Notes under the pieces: model-generated | What the model saw: the letters and a program-made list of their open reading frames with translations, nothing else | Database searches by the model: none | Told to the model about the DNA's origin: nothing | From: Dehalococcoidia bacterium | GTDB lineage: Bacteria > Chloroflexota > Dehalococcoidia > Plut-88900 | NCBI GenBank assembly: GCA_965197585.1 | Contig: OZ240215.1 | Coordinates: forward strand, 960,001 to 1,024,000 | DNA: 64,000 nucleotides | Reading direction: 5' to 3' | Translations under genes and position numbers: made by a program | Shown: positions 20,505-31,023 of the stretch, piece by piece | How the letters are laid out: each line of letters begins with the position of its first letter | How positions within the stretch are numbered: position 1 is the stretch's first letter

Positions 20505-21449
20505 CTAGTTTGGGGTGGTGGCGGGGCAGGGGGTGTTGGGTTCTAGCTCGGCGTAGAACTCGAGGAGGAAGTTGTCCGGGTCTCGGATGAAGAGGGAGTC
20601 GCGGGTGTCGGAGGTTGTTTCCCGTTCGATGGACAGCCTTGCTTTTTGAAGATTGAATTTGCTTTGGTCCAGGTCGGCGTTGCTCGACATTTCGAAGCCG
20701 GCGTGGTGGAGGCCCGTGGCTTCTGAGTCGGGGGTGGGGATGAGGATGATGTGCTCCCCGCCGGTCGTTCCGCCGAGCACGACGTAAGCGTCGGCGGGGC
20801 TGCCTCGGAGGACTTGAAGTCCCAGGATGCCGGTATAGAAGGCCAGGGAGGCTTCCACATCACCGACATTCAGGACGGCGTGGGTGATGCGTTTCGGATG
20901 GAAAATCGCTTGGCCGACGCGGCGCAGTTCCGGGTCTTCGTGGTAGTTTCGGGAGTCGACTGTGGTGAAGCGGGGTGGGTCGCCGGGGGTCCAGGGAGCT
21001 TCGCCGTAGCGGACGGTTCGGCCATCGCCGCGGAGTTTGCGCCACTCCTTGGTGGAATCGGAGTAGATTTCGATGCCGTTGCCATCGGGGTCACGGGTAT
21101 AAAGGCTGCGGGTAATGTCGTGGTCGGAGACGCGAAAAGTTGTACCGGCGTCAGCTGCAGCGCGGTAACCTTCGATCAAGTCGGCCTCACACTCAAGCTC
21201 GAAGGCAAGGTGATTGAGGGTGGGAGCGGAGGGGTGTCGGAATACGGCGATATCATGGTGGGTGTTGCCGTTGCTGAGGAAGCCCCCGACCGTGGGCCCC
21301 TGAAGGTCAGTCGGGGCGGCCTTGCGATAGACCTCCTCGATGCCGACGACATGGTTGTAGAAGTCGAGAGACCTTTCGACGTCGGTGACGAAGAGGTTGG
21401 CGTGCCCGAGCCTTCGGGCGCGGAAGAAGGGGGCCCTGACCTTGGTCAC
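20505..21449 (-). CDS. VOC family protein (catechol 2,3-dioxygenase-like)
   Basis: 'LGHANL', 'HHDIA', 'LNHLAF', 'SLYTRDPDGNGIE'; two VOC domains. Confidence 0.87.
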   Translation of the reverse strand: MTKVRAPFFRARRLGHANLFVTDVERSLDFYNHVVGIEEVYRKAAPTDLQGPTVGGFLSNGNTHHDIAVFRHPSAPTLNHLAFELECEADLIEGYRAAADAGTTFRVSDHDITRSLYTRDPDGNGIEIYSDSTKEWRKLRGDGRTVRYGEAPWTPGDPPRFTTVDSRNYHEDPELRRVGQAIFHPKRITHAVLNVGDVEASLAFYTGILGLQVLRGSPADAYVVLGGTTGGEHIILIPTPDSEATGLHHAGFEMSSNADLDQSKFNLQKARLSIERETTSDTRDSLFIRDPDNFLLEFYAELEPNTPCPATTPN

Positions 21450-22318
21450 CCGGTACGCTCCTCAAAGTCGCCGCCCCGCATTTCCAGGAACATGCGTCGG
21501 GCGTTTATGTAGGACCTTTCCGGCTCCTCCCAGCCCTCAAGCTCACCTAGAGAGAAGCTCGCGGCGGCGTCATCGGGGCTTTTGCCCAAGCGGAAATACT
21601 CCTTGCAGTGCTTCTTAAGGGCCCTGAAGTAGCGGTGAGTCCACCCGATTGCCTCCTTCTTGGCCACAGGTCCGTGCCCCGTGACCAGGGTTTCGATATC
21701 AATGTCGTTGCGGAGGCGTTTCGTAACCTTGATCCAGTTGGAAACGTGGCCGTCGGCGGCAAGGGGGACGAGGTATTGAAAGGCCACGTCTCCCGTGAAA
21801 AGAATCTTTTCATCTGGGAGGTAAATGAGGGTGTCGCCGAAGGTGTGGGCGGGGCCGGGGTGGATGAGCTCCACGGAGCGGTTGCCCAGGTGAACGGTCA
21901 TATTGCCTTCATAGGTGACGTTTGGAGGAGTCAACTCCAACTGACGCCAGTCGTCTTCGTACTGGGGCCAGCGATTGATGAGGACGTCTGGGTCGGTGCC
22001 CCGACGCATAAGGGAGTTGCGGCAACCATCGTGGCCGATGACGTTGGCCTCCGGGCGGTAGAACTGGTTGCCGAAGGCGTGGTCGGCGTGGTGATGGGTG
22101 TCGACGACATAGCGGACGGGCTTGTCGGTGACCTTGCGGACATCTTCGAGGAAAGTCTTGACCATGCCGCCGACCATCATGGCGTCGACTACAAGGCACT
22201 CCTCGTCGCCGACTATGAGGCCGGAGTTACAGATGTCCCAGCCTATGCCTTCCCGGATGTAGGCAAAGACGCCGTCGCCGATTTCTTGAAGGCCGGTCTT
22301 GTAGTCGTAGGTTGCCAT
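21446..22318 (-). CDS. MBL-fold metallo-hydrolase
   Basis: 'THHHADHAFGN', 'AHTFGD', 'GH' motifs. Confidence 0.9.
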   Translation of the reverse strand: MATYDYKTGLQEIGDGVFAYIREGIGWDICNSGLIVGDEECLVVDAMMVGGMVKTFLEDVRKVTDKPVRYVVDTHHHADHAFGNQFYRPEANVIGHDGCRNSLMRRGTDPDVLINRWPQYEDDWRQLELTPPNVTYEGNMTVHLGNRSVELIHPGPAHTFGDTLIYLPDEKILFTGDVAFQYLVPLAADGHVSNWIKVTKRLRNDIDIETLVTGHGPVAKKEAIGWTHRYFRALKKHCKEYFRLGKSPDDAAASFSLGELEGWEEPERSYINARRMFLEMRGGDFEERTG

Positions 22319-22476
22319 GTTCTTCTCCCGCGTTTTCGAGATGTAGTGTGAGGACATATTACTCTATGTGTGTGGGGTTATCGATAGGGAGTCATGTCAC
22401 AGCTATGCCAGCGGCCTCCCGTCCCCGTAGGTCTACGAAGACCGTGCCGAAGAAGGGAGTTGGTAAATGGCCGACG

Positions 22477-22507
22477 CTTAGATTTCTCGCGGAGCCTCGA
22501 AATGACA
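22477..22507 (+). repeat. REP-like family A variant, no IS inserted
   Basis: CTTAGATTTCTCGCGGAGCCTCGAAATGACA, with compensatory changes in the stem. Confidence 0.8.
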
Positions 22508-22635
22508 CGCAAAAGGTGGAATGACACGTAAACCGTGGAGTGGGTTGGGATGCAAGGGTGGGAAAGTGAGAATACATGATAATATGGGCCGAGCCGCGAG
22601 GCAGGAAATGGAAGCCTCGGGTACAGGAGTTAACA

Positions 22636-23487
22636 ATGGGTAAACTGGACGATAAAGTTGCGATAGTTACGGGCGCGAGCAGGGGGATCGGGGCGGAGAT
22701 CAGCCGGTTGTTCGCGCAGGAAGGCGCCCGGGTGGTATGTGTGGCGCGAACCCTCAAAGAGGGAGACCACATCCTCGAAGGCTCGCTGGAATTGACGTGC
22801 GCCCAGATCCGGGAGTCGGGAGGCGAGGCGACGGCTATTGCGGCGAACATCTCTCTGCCGGAGGACTGCGAGCGGCTGGTTGAGGAGACCAAAACGGCCT
22901 ACGGCCCCGCCGACGTGCTGGTCAATAACGCCGCCCTGACCTACTTCATCCCGATCAAGGACTTTCCCCTAAGCCGGTGGCTACGCACATGGTCGGTGAA
23001 CGTGCATGCACCGTTTCTCCTGAGCCAGCTTGTCCTGCCCGACATGATCGAGGCCAAGGGCGGCAGCATCGTGAACATATCCTCGAGTTCAGCCATTGGG
23101 CCCGGTCGAGGGCCGTATAACGATGAGTCAAAGGAAAATATAGGGGACACTACCTACGGGGCAGAGAAGGCGGCTTTGGAGCGGTTCACGCAGGGGCTGG
23201 CACTGGAGGTATTCGAGTACGGGGTGTCGGTGACGTGCCTCTCCCCGTCTGTGGTGGTGCCGACGCCCGGCACCCTCTACCACAAGCTCGTGTCGAGCAT
23301 GGATGACCCGAAGGGAGAGCATCCTGATCTGATGGCAAAGGCCACGCTACTTCTTGCCACCGAGCCCCAGGAGAAGATAACGGGCAGGGTTACCTACACG
23401 CAGGAGATATTGAAAGAATACGGGATGATGGGAGAGGGGCAGGGCGTGGGAGTTACCAAGCCGGGGTCGGGGTACAGCCAGATATAA
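22636..23487 (+). CDS. SDR family oxidoreductase
   Basis: 'TGASRGIG', 'NNA', 'YGAEK'. Confidence 0.92.
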   Translation: MGKLDDKVAIVTGASRGIGAEISRLFAQEGARVVCVARTLKEGDHILEGSLELTCAQIRESGGEATAIAANISLPEDCERLVEETKTAYGPADVLVNNAALTYFIPIKDFPLSRWLRTWSVNVHAPFLLSQLVLPDMIEAKGGSIVNISSSSAIGPGRGPYNDESKENIGDTTYGAEKAALERFTQGLALEVFEYGVSVTCLSPSVVVPTPGTLYHKLVSSMDDPKGEHPDLMAKATLLLATEPQEKITGRVTYTQEILKEYGMMGEGQGVGVTKPGSGYSQI

Positions 23488-23529
23488 GACCGGCGTTTCG
23501 AGGTACATACGAATGCTGAAATCGCCGAG

Positions 23530-24717
23530 ATGGCTACCTATAAGGGAAGAGTAGAGATGGCAGTAGCGCGCGGCAAAGTCGGGTCATTCCTGGAGGCGGC
23601 GCGGGATCTCGGGCCGTTGATCAGGAAGACGGCTGGGGAAGGCGATCTCAATCGAGAGCTTTCCAAGGAGGTGGCGGAGGCGATCACCGACGGCGGGTTC
23701 TTTCGAATGCTCGTGCCCCGGTCTCTCGGCGGATACGAGATGGAATATCCGGACTACCTGAACGTGGTACAGGCCTTTGCGGAGGCGGATGGCTCGACGG
23801 GGTGGTGCGTTAACCAGAACTCGGTGCTCCCCCTGCAGTCGGTCAAGATCCCGGAGGCTACGGCCCGGGAAATCTGGAGCGACGAGCGGGCTGTCCTGGC
23901 CAACGGCCCGCCGATGAGCACCGAGGCGACACCCGTCGAAGGTGGCTACCGTCTTACGGGCAGCTGGCGTTTCAGCAGCGGGTGTCATCACGCCAACTGG
24001 ATGATTGCCCTGGTCCCGAAGAACAAGATCGGGGCGAGGATGGGGTCCCGGAGCGGGGACGACCTTTTGCTCGTCATGCGCAAAGAGGAAGTGAAGCTGG
24101 TCGACGTGTGGGACGTGAACGGGCTCCGGGGCACGGGAAGCTTCAACTTCGAAATAGAAGACCTCTTCGTGCCGGAATCCTACACCTTCGACTGGGGAGC
24201 GCCGCCCTGGGATGATGGACCGCTGTACGCGATGCCGATGACGCTGATCTTTTGCTCGGGGTTCGGGTGCGTGGCGTTGGGGGTGGCGAGGGCAGCGCTG
24301 GACGCAGCCATCGAACTGGGGTGTACAAAGAAACCGGAGCGCGAGGGCGCGCTGCTCAGGGAGAAGGCGACGTTCCAACGGGCTTTAGGCCAAGCGGAGG
24401 CGACATGGCGGTCGGCGAGGGCGTTTTTGTTTGAGGCTGCGGAGGGGGCCTGGGAGTCGGTGTGTAAGACTGGGGCGCTCACCTTGGAAGAACGCATAAA
24501 GATACGATTAGCTAGCACGCACGCGATTCGGACGGGGGCGCAGGTGGCGGACATGGCGTACAACCTATGCGGGTCGGATGCGATTTTTGAACACAATCCG
24601 ATACAGCGTCGGTTCCAGGATGCCCACGTGATTACTCAGCAGATCCAGGGTAGGTTAGAGCACTACGAGAAGGCGGGTCAGTTCTTCCTGGGCATGGAGC
24701 CTAAGGGGGAGTTTTAG
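23530..24717 (+). CDS. Two-component flavin-dependent monooxygenase, oxygenase subunit (HsaA-like, ACAD fold); start may be 23557
   Basis: 'GSWRFSSGC', 'WDVNGLRGTGS', 'IQRRFQDAH'. Confidence 0.85.
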   Translation: MATYKGRVEMAVARGKVGSFLEAARDLGPLIRKTAGEGDLNRELSKEVAEAITDGGFFRMLVPRSLGGYEMEYPDYLNVVQAFAEADGSTGWCVNQNSVLPLQSVKIPEATAREIWSDERAVLANGPPMSTEATPVEGGYRLTGSWRFSSGCHHANWMIALVPKNKIGARMGSRSGDDLLLVMRKEEVKLVDVWDVNGLRGTGSFNFEIEDLFVPESYTFDWGAPPWDDGPLYAMPMTLIFCSGFGCVALGVARAALDAAIELGCTKKPEREGALLREKATFQRALGQAEATWRSARAFLFEAAEGAWESVCKTGALTLEERIKIRLASTHAIRTGAQVADMAYNLCGSDAIFEHNPIQRRFQDAHVITQQIQGRLEHYEKAGQFFLGMEPKGEF

Positions 24718-24731
24718 GGTCGGGGAGAGGG

Positions 24732-25913
24732 TTACCGGCGCACGCCGCCCGGGTTCAGGATTTCCCTGGCGATGAGGATTTTGTTGACCTCCTGCGCTCC
24801 TTCGCCTATGCGTCGGACTCTTGCTTCGCGATACCAGCGTTCGAAGGGCATTTCCTGGGTCACACCATAACCGCCGTGGACCTGAAGGGATCGGTCGACG
24901 ACGCGGGCCAGGACCTCTGCGGAATGGAGTTTGGCGATTGACGCCTCCTGCCGGAAGTCCTCTCCGGCGTCGTATTTCCAGGCGGCTTCCCATGTGAGCC
25001 AGCGACAGGTGCGGATTTCGACCTCGGAGTCGACGAGCATCCACTGGATCGCCTGTCGAGTGGAGAGGGGCGCGCCGAATGTCTCGCGGGTCTTCGAGTA
25101 TGCGACGGCCATCCTGTGAGCGGCAACCGAAACGCCAAGGTTTGCCGCCGAATAGGGGATACGGCCCCGGGCCAGCAGCTGGTTAGCAAGGATATCCCAA
25201 CCCCCATCCACCTCCCCGAGGACGTTGCGGCCGGGGACGCGCAAGTCCTGAAAGAATAGCTGGGCAGGCGTGTAGGCGCGGATGACGGGAATAGGAGTCA
25301 AGTCGAAGCCGGGCCACGAGTTCTCGACGACGAAGGCGGTGACGCCGCGTCGGGTCTCGGGGTTGGTGCGGGCGAAGACGACACCCCAGTCGCTCCAGAG
25401 CGCTCCTGATATAAAAACCTTGCTGCCGTTAATTACCCAATCGTCGCCGTCGCGGACGGCGCGGGTCTGGATGGCACGGGCGGGGTCGGAGCCACCGCTG
25501 GGCTCGGTGATGGCGAACCACGCCTTACGCTGGCCCTGAACGGTCGGGATGCCGTAGGTGTCGCGCAGGTAGTCGTTGCCGGCGAAGATAATCTCGGGTG
25601 GGGGCTCTCCCATGGTGCCGTATACGGGACAGTAGAGACCGGCGGCGTGCTGGACCATCTCCTCGTCGATGACGACCTGGGAGAAGAGCGAAAGGCCCCC
25701 GCCTCCGAACTCGGTGGGGACGCCGGTGCACCACATGCCCATGTCTTTGGCAACGGGGACCAGCCGGTCATATTCATCTTTGGGTAGATGTATGGAGTCG
25801 TGGGGGATCTGCTGCTCAAGGGGGACGATCTCGTTCCTGACGTAGTCCCGGACGGCGCCAGCGGCCATCCTGAGCTGTTCTGGAAGCTGGTAGCGTTCTG
25901 TGGAGTCGGACAT
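24732..25913 (-). CDS. Acyl-CoA dehydrogenase
   Basis: 'FAITEPSGGSD', 'NGSKVFIS', 'QVHGGYG', 'RIGEG'. Confidence 0.92.
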   Translation of the reverse strand: MSDSTERYQLPEQLRMAAGAVRDYVRNEIVPLEQQIPHDSIHLPKDEYDRLVPVAKDMGMWCTGVPTEFGGGGLSLFSQVVIDEEMVQHAAGLYCPVYGTMGEPPPEIIFAGNDYLRDTYGIPTVQGQRKAWFAITEPSGGSDPARAIQTRAVRDGDDWVINGSKVFISGALWSDWGVVFARTNPETRRGVTAFVVENSWPGFDLTPIPVIRAYTPAQLFFQDLRVPGRNVLGEVDGGWDILANQLLARGRIPYSAANLGVSVAAHRMAVAYSKTRETFGAPLSTRQAIQWMLVDSEVEIRTCRWLTWEAAWKYDAGEDFRQEASIAKLHSAEVLARVVDRSLQVHGGYGVTQEMPFERWYREARVRRIGEGAQEVNKILIAREILNPGGVRR

Positions 25914-25941
25914 TTCGGCTCTCCTGGGAGGGGTGCGGGTG

Positions 25942-26715
25942 TCAGCGGCCTTTGAAGTCGGCGGGACGTTTCTCTGCGAAGGCCCTCGGGCCTTCCTTGG
26001 CGTCCTCGGTGGTCATGAGAACCTGCTGTATGGCCTCTTCCATCCGGAGGCCGTGATCAAGGGGCATATACTGGGACCGGACGGCGAGCTCCTTGATGGC
26101 CCTGACGGCGAGGGGGCCGTTCTTGCAGACCACGTCGGCCATTCGCTCCGCCTCGTCCATGAGCCCCGATAGAGGGACCACCTTGTTGACGAGGCCGTAC
26201 TGGTAAGCTTCCTGGGCGGTGAGGCGTTCACCGGAGAGGAGGAGCCACATGGCGACTGGGTAAGGGAGCTGTCGCAGGGTGCGCTGGGTGCCTCCGTTGC
26301 CGGGCAGGATTCCGCGCTTTACCTCTGAGAGACCGAATTGGGCGTTCTCGGCTGCAACCCGGAGGTCGGTGGCGAGGAGGAGTGTCATGCCCCCGGCGAG
26401 GCAGTAGCCGTTAACGGCGGCAATAACAGGTTTCCAGACCTCAAGGCCACGGTTGAGAATCTGCTCATCCTGGGTCTGCCAGAAGCGCCACTTCTCTTGC
26501 TCTCGGGGGATTGTTTTTTTGAGGTCGGCCCCGGCGGTGAAGGCCCGGTCTCCGGCGCCGGTGATGATGGCGCACCAGACATCGGGGTCATCCCTGACGT
26601 CGACCCAAGCCTCGGAAAGCGCCAGGTACATCTCGGGGTCCATGGCGTTCATGACCTCGGGTCGGTTCAGGGTGATATAGGCAATTTTGCCTTTCTTTTC
26701 ATATATCAGGGACAT
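25942..26715 (-). CDS. Enoyl-CoA hydratase
   Basis: 'AFTAGAD', 'VNGYCLAGG', 'PGNGGTQR'. Confidence 0.92.
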   Translation of the reverse strand: MSLIYEKKGKIAYITLNRPEVMNAMDPEMYLALSEAWVDVRDDPDVWCAIITGAGDRAFTAGADLKKTIPREQEKWRFWQTQDEQILNRGLEVWKPVIAAVNGYCLAGGMTLLLATDLRVAAENAQFGLSEVKRGILPGNGGTQRTLRQLPYPVAMWLLLSGERLTAQEAYQYGLVNKVVPLSGLMDEAERMADVVCKNGPLAVRAIKELAVRSQYMPLDHGLRMEEAIQQVLMTTEDAKEGPRAFAEKRPADFKGR

Positions 26716-26741
26716 GTCGGGGCTCCTTGTGGGGGGTGGGG

Positions 26742-27152
26742 CTAGGGGCGGGGACGGAACTTGGGCAAAGTGATTTCTTCAGTCACGTCGTCCCAGACAA
26801 CTTCTACGGATAGGCCTGGGCGGATGTCGTCGTTATCGATCTCTACGAGGTTGGTTAGCAATCGAGGGCCTTCTTCAAGCTCGACGATAGTTACGTTGTA
26901 AGGCAGGTCGTCTTCGAAGGCTCTGCTATAGCGCTGGTGCACGACAATCCAGGAGTAAACGCTACCGCGTCCCGAGGCCTCGACCCAATCGTGGTCGGCG
27001 GACCAGCACTCGGGGCAAATGGGCGCGGCGTCCCTAAGATGTCCACACTTTGAGCAGCGTTGGAGAAGGAGCTTGTGTTGCTTGCAGCCCTCCCAGAAGG
27101 GTCGGTTGTCCTCGGTGAGCTCGGGCGGGGGTTTGGCGTAGTCGGTGGTCAT
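26742..27152 (-). CDS. DUF35 Zn-ribbon/OB-fold protein
   Basis: 'PFWEG', 'CSKC...CPEC', 'VELEEGPR'. Confidence 0.9.
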   Translation of the reverse strand: MTTDYAKPPPELTEDNRPFWEGCKQHKLLLQRCSKCGHLRDAAPICPECWSADHDWVEASGRGSVYSWIVVHQRYSRAFEDDLPYNVTIVELEEGPRLLTNLVEIDNDDIRPGLSVEVVWDDVTEEITLPKFRPRP

Positions 27153-27155
27153 GGG

Positions 27156-28286
27156 CTATCTCCGCAAGATCGCCGTGGCGTGGGTGTGCATGATTCCGCC
27201 CTGGCCGCTGACCAGGGCCGTCTCGGCGCCATTAACCTGCCGGTCGCCGCATTCGCCTCTAAGCTGCCGCACACCTTCGACGAGGAGCTGCATTCCAGCC
27301 ATGCCGCTTTCGGAGAGGAGGCCGCCGCCGGTGTTCATGGGTAGGGAGCCGTCGGGGCCCGTGCGTCCGTCGGCGACGAACGCTCCGCCCTCGCCCTTGG
27401 CACAAAAGCCGTAGTCCTCCAGGGTGATGATGGGGACGATGGTGAAGCAGTCGTATATCTCGCAGACGTCGATGTCTCCGGGCTCGATGCCCGCCATACG
27501 GAAGGCCTTTTCGCCGGAAATCTTGGCTCCGCTGGTGGTGAGGGTGGGACGGCGGGGGAGGTCCCAGGCGATATGGTGCTGGCCGATGCCCATGACGTAG
27601 ACGGGAGGCTTGCGGAGGTGTCGGGCCCGGTCGGCAGAGGTGACAACAACGGCAGCCCCGCCGTCGGAGACTAGGCAGCAGTCCAGGAGATGGAGAGGCC
27701 AGGTGACATAACGAGAGGCTTGGTGGTCTTCCAGGGTCAAGGGATCGCGCTTGTGCGCGTTGGGGTTCTTGGAGGCCCAGCCTCGTGTGGAAACAGCCAC
27801 GGCGCCAAGCTGCTCGCTGGTGGTCCCGAACTCGGTCATGTGACGTTGGGCGATCATGGCGTAGCCGCCGGGAGCCCCGATCATGCCGTAAGCGGCGTCG
27901 GTACCGACGGGTCGGCCGTAGGTGCCGGGATTGCCGGAAAGGGGGTTGTCGCCGTAGCAGCAGACGGCGGTGGTGATGAGACCCGCCTCGATGGCCATTA
28001 TTGCGTACTGGACGAGGCCGAGATTCGTCGCACCCGCCTGGTCGATTGTCGCCGCTATGACGGGCTGGATGCCGAGAGCCTGGGAGACCTTGTGTGCCCA
28101 TAGGCCCTTGAAGCCTGTCGGGGGGTACTTACAGAGGACGGCGTCGACGTCGTTCTTTTCAAGGCCGGCGTCCTCGATTGCGAGCTTGGCGGCCTCGACG
28201 GTGAATTGGAGGGGGGAGACGCCCGGGACGCGGCCAAACTTGGTGGTCGCCGCCCCGACGATACAGTACTTGTCTTTGAGGGACAT
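27156..28286 (-). CDS. Thiolase-family protein (SCP-x/Ltp2-like)
   Basis: 'LLDCCLVSDGG', 'EIYDCFT', 'NTGGGLLS'; paired with DUF35. Confidence 0.88.
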   Translation of the reverse strand: MSLKDKYCIVGAATTKFGRVPGVSPLQFTVEAAKLAIEDAGLEKNDVDAVLCKYPPTGFKGLWAHKVSQALGIQPVIAATIDQAGATNLGLVQYAIMAIEAGLITTAVCCYGDNPLSGNPGTYGRPVGTDAAYGMIGAPGGYAMIAQRHMTEFGTTSEQLGAVAVSTRGWASKNPNAHKRDPLTLEDHQASRYVTWPLHLLDCCLVSDGGAAVVVTSADRARHLRKPPVYVMGIGQHHIAWDLPRRPTLTTSGAKISGEKAFRMAGIEPGDIDVCEIYDCFTIVPIITLEDYGFCAKGEGGAFVADGRTGPDGSLPMNTGGGLLSESGMAGMQLLVEGVRQLRGECGDRQVNGAETALVSGQGGIMHTHATAILRR

Positions 28287-28357
28287 CAGCTTTGTCCTCC
28301 GTTTCGGAGAGGTGAGGGCGTTTGCGAATCTATTGTGCCATTAAGGGGGCCGGTTGG

Positions 28358-29614
28358 CTATTTCCGGGTGACCGGGACGAGGGGAGCGACGCCGTCGGTA
28401 TGGAGGACCTCAGCAGTCTCGGACGGGAGGCCCAGAAGGTTGTCGAGCACCCAATCGCTGTGTTCCGCAAAGAGAGGAGCACGGCGGCCCAAGTCGGCGA
28501 GGGGCCCAGAGGACTTGAAAGACACGCCGGGGTGCTTGAAGTCTCCGGCCTCGGGGTGGTGCGTGTGGTCGATGAAGCCACGGGCCTGGTATTGGGGATC
28601 GGCGAGGGCGTCGGTGGACTTGAGGACTGCCCCCGCCCTGATCCCTGCGGCCTGGAGATGGTGCATCACCTCCTGGGGCGTACGCTCGATGGTCCATTTC
28701 TCAATGAGCGAATCTAGCGTGTCCTGGTCTTGGAGTCGGGCCGACATAGTGGAAAAGCGGTCGTCGGTTTTCCAATGGGCGTTGCCGGTGGCATCGCAGA
28801 GGCTGTCGAACTCGGCATCAGAGGCTACGGCTATGACGACCCAGGCGTCGTCGTCCTTACACCGGTAGACGTTGTGGGGGGCCATGGAAGGGTGCCGGTT
28901 GCCGATGCGGGTCGGGGCCCGGCCCGTGAGCTGATATTCGAGAAAATACTCGCCGATCACGGCCATTGTCACGTCGCGAAGCACTATTTCAAGGCGCTTG
29001 CCCTGGCCTGTGCGTCGTCTCTTCCATATTGCGGCCATGATGGCGGTGGCAACATGGAAGGCGGAGGTCTGGTCGCTGTAGAAGTTGCCGGGCTTGCTGG
29101 GTGCACCGTCCTGGTAGCCGGTGACGTGGCACATGCCGCCCAACCCCTCCGTACCGGGCCCGAAGGATATGTGATTGCTCCACGGGCCGGGCCGCCCGAG
29201 GGCCGGCATGGCGACCATTATTAGGTCGGGGCGGAGGGTGCGAAGGTGATCGTAGGTGAGGCCAAGATTGGGCATGACACGGGGGCTGTAGTTTTCGATT
29301 ACTACGTCGCTGATGAAGACAAGCTCCTCGAACAAGGCCTTGCCGTGAGGGTCGGCGAGGTCCAGGGAGAGGCTGCGTTTGGCGCGGTTGACCTCGTTAA
29401 AGCCTGCATTCTTGTTATAGGAGCGCTCCTGCGACTTGTCGGAAGTGAAGATGGCCATGTTGCCGACGCTGCGGCCCCAGGGGAGTTCAATCTTGATGAT
29501 TTCCGCTCCAAGATGGGCGAGCACCCGAGTGGCTACGGGCCCGGCTATTACGTTCGTCAGGTCCAGAACGCGGACGCCGGTGAGGGGAAGGATGCGTTTT
29601 GCATCGGTGCGCAT
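28358..29614 (-). CDS. Family III CoA-transferase (CaiB/BaiF)
   Basis: 'PLTGVRVLDL', 'NRAKRSLSLDL', 'ENYSP', catalytic-position Asp in 'FYSD'. Confidence 0.9.
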   Translation of the reverse strand: MRTDAKRILPLTGVRVLDLTNVIAGPVATRVLAHLGAEIIKIELPWGRSVGNMAIFTSDKSQERSYNKNAGFNEVNRAKRSLSLDLADPHGKALFEELVFISDVVIENYSPRVMPNLGLTYDHLRTLRPDLIMVAMPALGRPGPWSNHISFGPGTEGLGGMCHVTGYQDGAPSKPGNFYSDQTSAFHVATAIMAAIWKRRRTGQGKRLEIVLRDVTMAVIGEYFLEYQLTGRAPTRIGNRHPSMAPHNVYRCKDDDAWVVIAVASDAEFDSLCDATGNAHWKTDDRFSTMSARLQDQDTLDSLIEKWTIERTPQEVMHHLQAAGIRAGAVLKSTDALADPQYQARGFIDHTHHPEAGDFKHPGVSFKSSGPLADLGRRAPLFAEHSDWVLDNLLGLPSETAEVLHTDGVAPLVPVTRK

Positions 29615-29616
29615 GG

Positions 29617-30843
29617 CTAGATAATACCTTGCTCCTGGAGGTGGGCAATCTCGGCGTCAGATAAGGCGAGGGTTTCGCGGAGAACCTCGGTGGTGTGCTC
29701 TCCTAGAATAGGTGCCCGGCTAGGCGATTCATCCTTGGCCCAAGGCGCCAGTGGCGTGCCGGGATATTTGAGGTTTCCCGCGACGGGGTGATCGGCCTCA
29801 CGGAAGAAGGTGCGGGCCTCGTTCTGGGGATCGGACATGACCTCTGGGATGGACTGGACCTTGGTGAATGGTATGCGCAGCTCTTGGGAGAGCGCGTAGA
29901 CCTCTTGGCGGGTCAGGTCTTTCATCCAGTCGACGACCAGTTCGTCAATCTCGTCGGCGTGGCCCGCCATTGCAGTCATCAGGTCATCCTCGGCGAGACG
30001 GTCGTTGCCCGTGAGCGTTGCGAGACCATCCGGGAATGAGGGGGAGTAGTGGATGTGCATCCAGCCGTCCTTGCAGGGGAGGAGGGTGGAAGGGTAGGGG
30101 GCGCGATGGCTGGTGTGGATGAGCCGAGTGCCCTGCCGGCGGGGGAGGACGTTCTCGCGCTCGAACAAGGAGTAGTAAGAGACGCCTTCGAATGTGGAAG
30201 CTATAGCCTCGACGGTCGAAACATCGACGTATTGCCCTTCGCCGGTGAGGTCTCGGTAGTTGAGGGAGGCGAGAACAGCCATGGCGGCGGAGATGCCCCC
30301 GTGGTACTCGGACTGGTAGCCACCGGCCTTGAGTGGTTCACGGTCGGAGTCGCCTGTAATGTACATGTATCCGCTGAAAGCATAGGCCACGATCTCCGAG
30401 CCCTCATATTGGTTGTACGGGCCCTCCTGACCGAAGTATGAGATGGAGGCCATTATCAGCGTCGAGTTGATCTCCGACAGGCTTTCGTAGCCCAGCCCCA
30501 GCCCCGAGAGATAGCCGGGTTTGAAGGACTCAATGATGACGTCTGACTCGGCGATTAGGCACTCTACGATGGGCCGGGCCTCGGGGCGGGCGATGTCAAG
30601 GGTGATGCTCTTCTTGCCCTGGTTGAGATAAAGGAAGGGGGCCGAGGTCTCGGGGTTGGGATCGTCGTGGAGGAAGGGGCCCAGGGACCGGGTGTCGTCT
30701 CCCGTGCCTGGAGGCTCGATTTTGATAACCTCGGCGCCGAGGTCCCGGAGCATCTTGGTGCAGTAGCCGCCTGAGAGCCCGAGGCTCAGGTCAAGGACTT
30801 CAATTCCTTGGAGGGGTCTTTCGGGTGGGGTGGGCGAATTCAT
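29617..30843 (-). CDS. Family III CoA-transferase (probable partner subunit)
   Basis: 'PLQGIEVLDL', 'NQGKKSITLD', 'APILGEHT'. Confidence 0.88.
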   Translation of the reverse strand: MNSPTPPERPLQGIEVLDLSLGLSGGYCTKMLRDLGAEVIKIEPPGTGDDTRSLGPFLHDDPNPETSAPFLYLNQGKKSITLDIARPEARPIVECLIAESDVIIESFKPGYLSGLGLGYESLSEINSTLIMASISYFGQEGPYNQYEGSEIVAYAFSGYMYITGDSDREPLKAGGYQSEYHGGISAAMAVLASLNYRDLTGEGQYVDVSTVEAIASTFEGVSYYSLFERENVLPRRQGTRLIHTSHRAPYPSTLLPCKDGWMHIHYSPSFPDGLATLTGNDRLAEDDLMTAMAGHADEIDELVVDWMKDLTRQEVYALSQELRIPFTKVQSIPEVMSDPQNEARTFFREADHPVAGNLKYPGTPLAPWAKDESPSRAPILGEHTTEVLRETLALSDAEIAHLQEQGII

Positions 30844-30898
30844 AGGTTGGGTGGGAGGATAGGCGATGGGTGGATGTTGTGCAAGCGGGGCAAATGGG

Positions 30899-30953
30899 GG
30901 GATGGATTCACGCCATAGGAGCATCTGCGACCGGCTCGGGGGCCGAGATGACG
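30899..30953 (+). repeat. REP-like family D with a 22-bp insert at 30910-30931
   Basis: GGATTC[ACGCCATAGGAGCATCTGCGAC]CGGCTCGGGGGCCGAGATGAC. Confidence 0.8.
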
Positions 30954-31023
30954 GTGTGATTGAAGAATGGGGCGGAGAGTATTACCCTTGTCGCACGTTG
31001 TTAACTTCGGAGGGAGGGCTGGT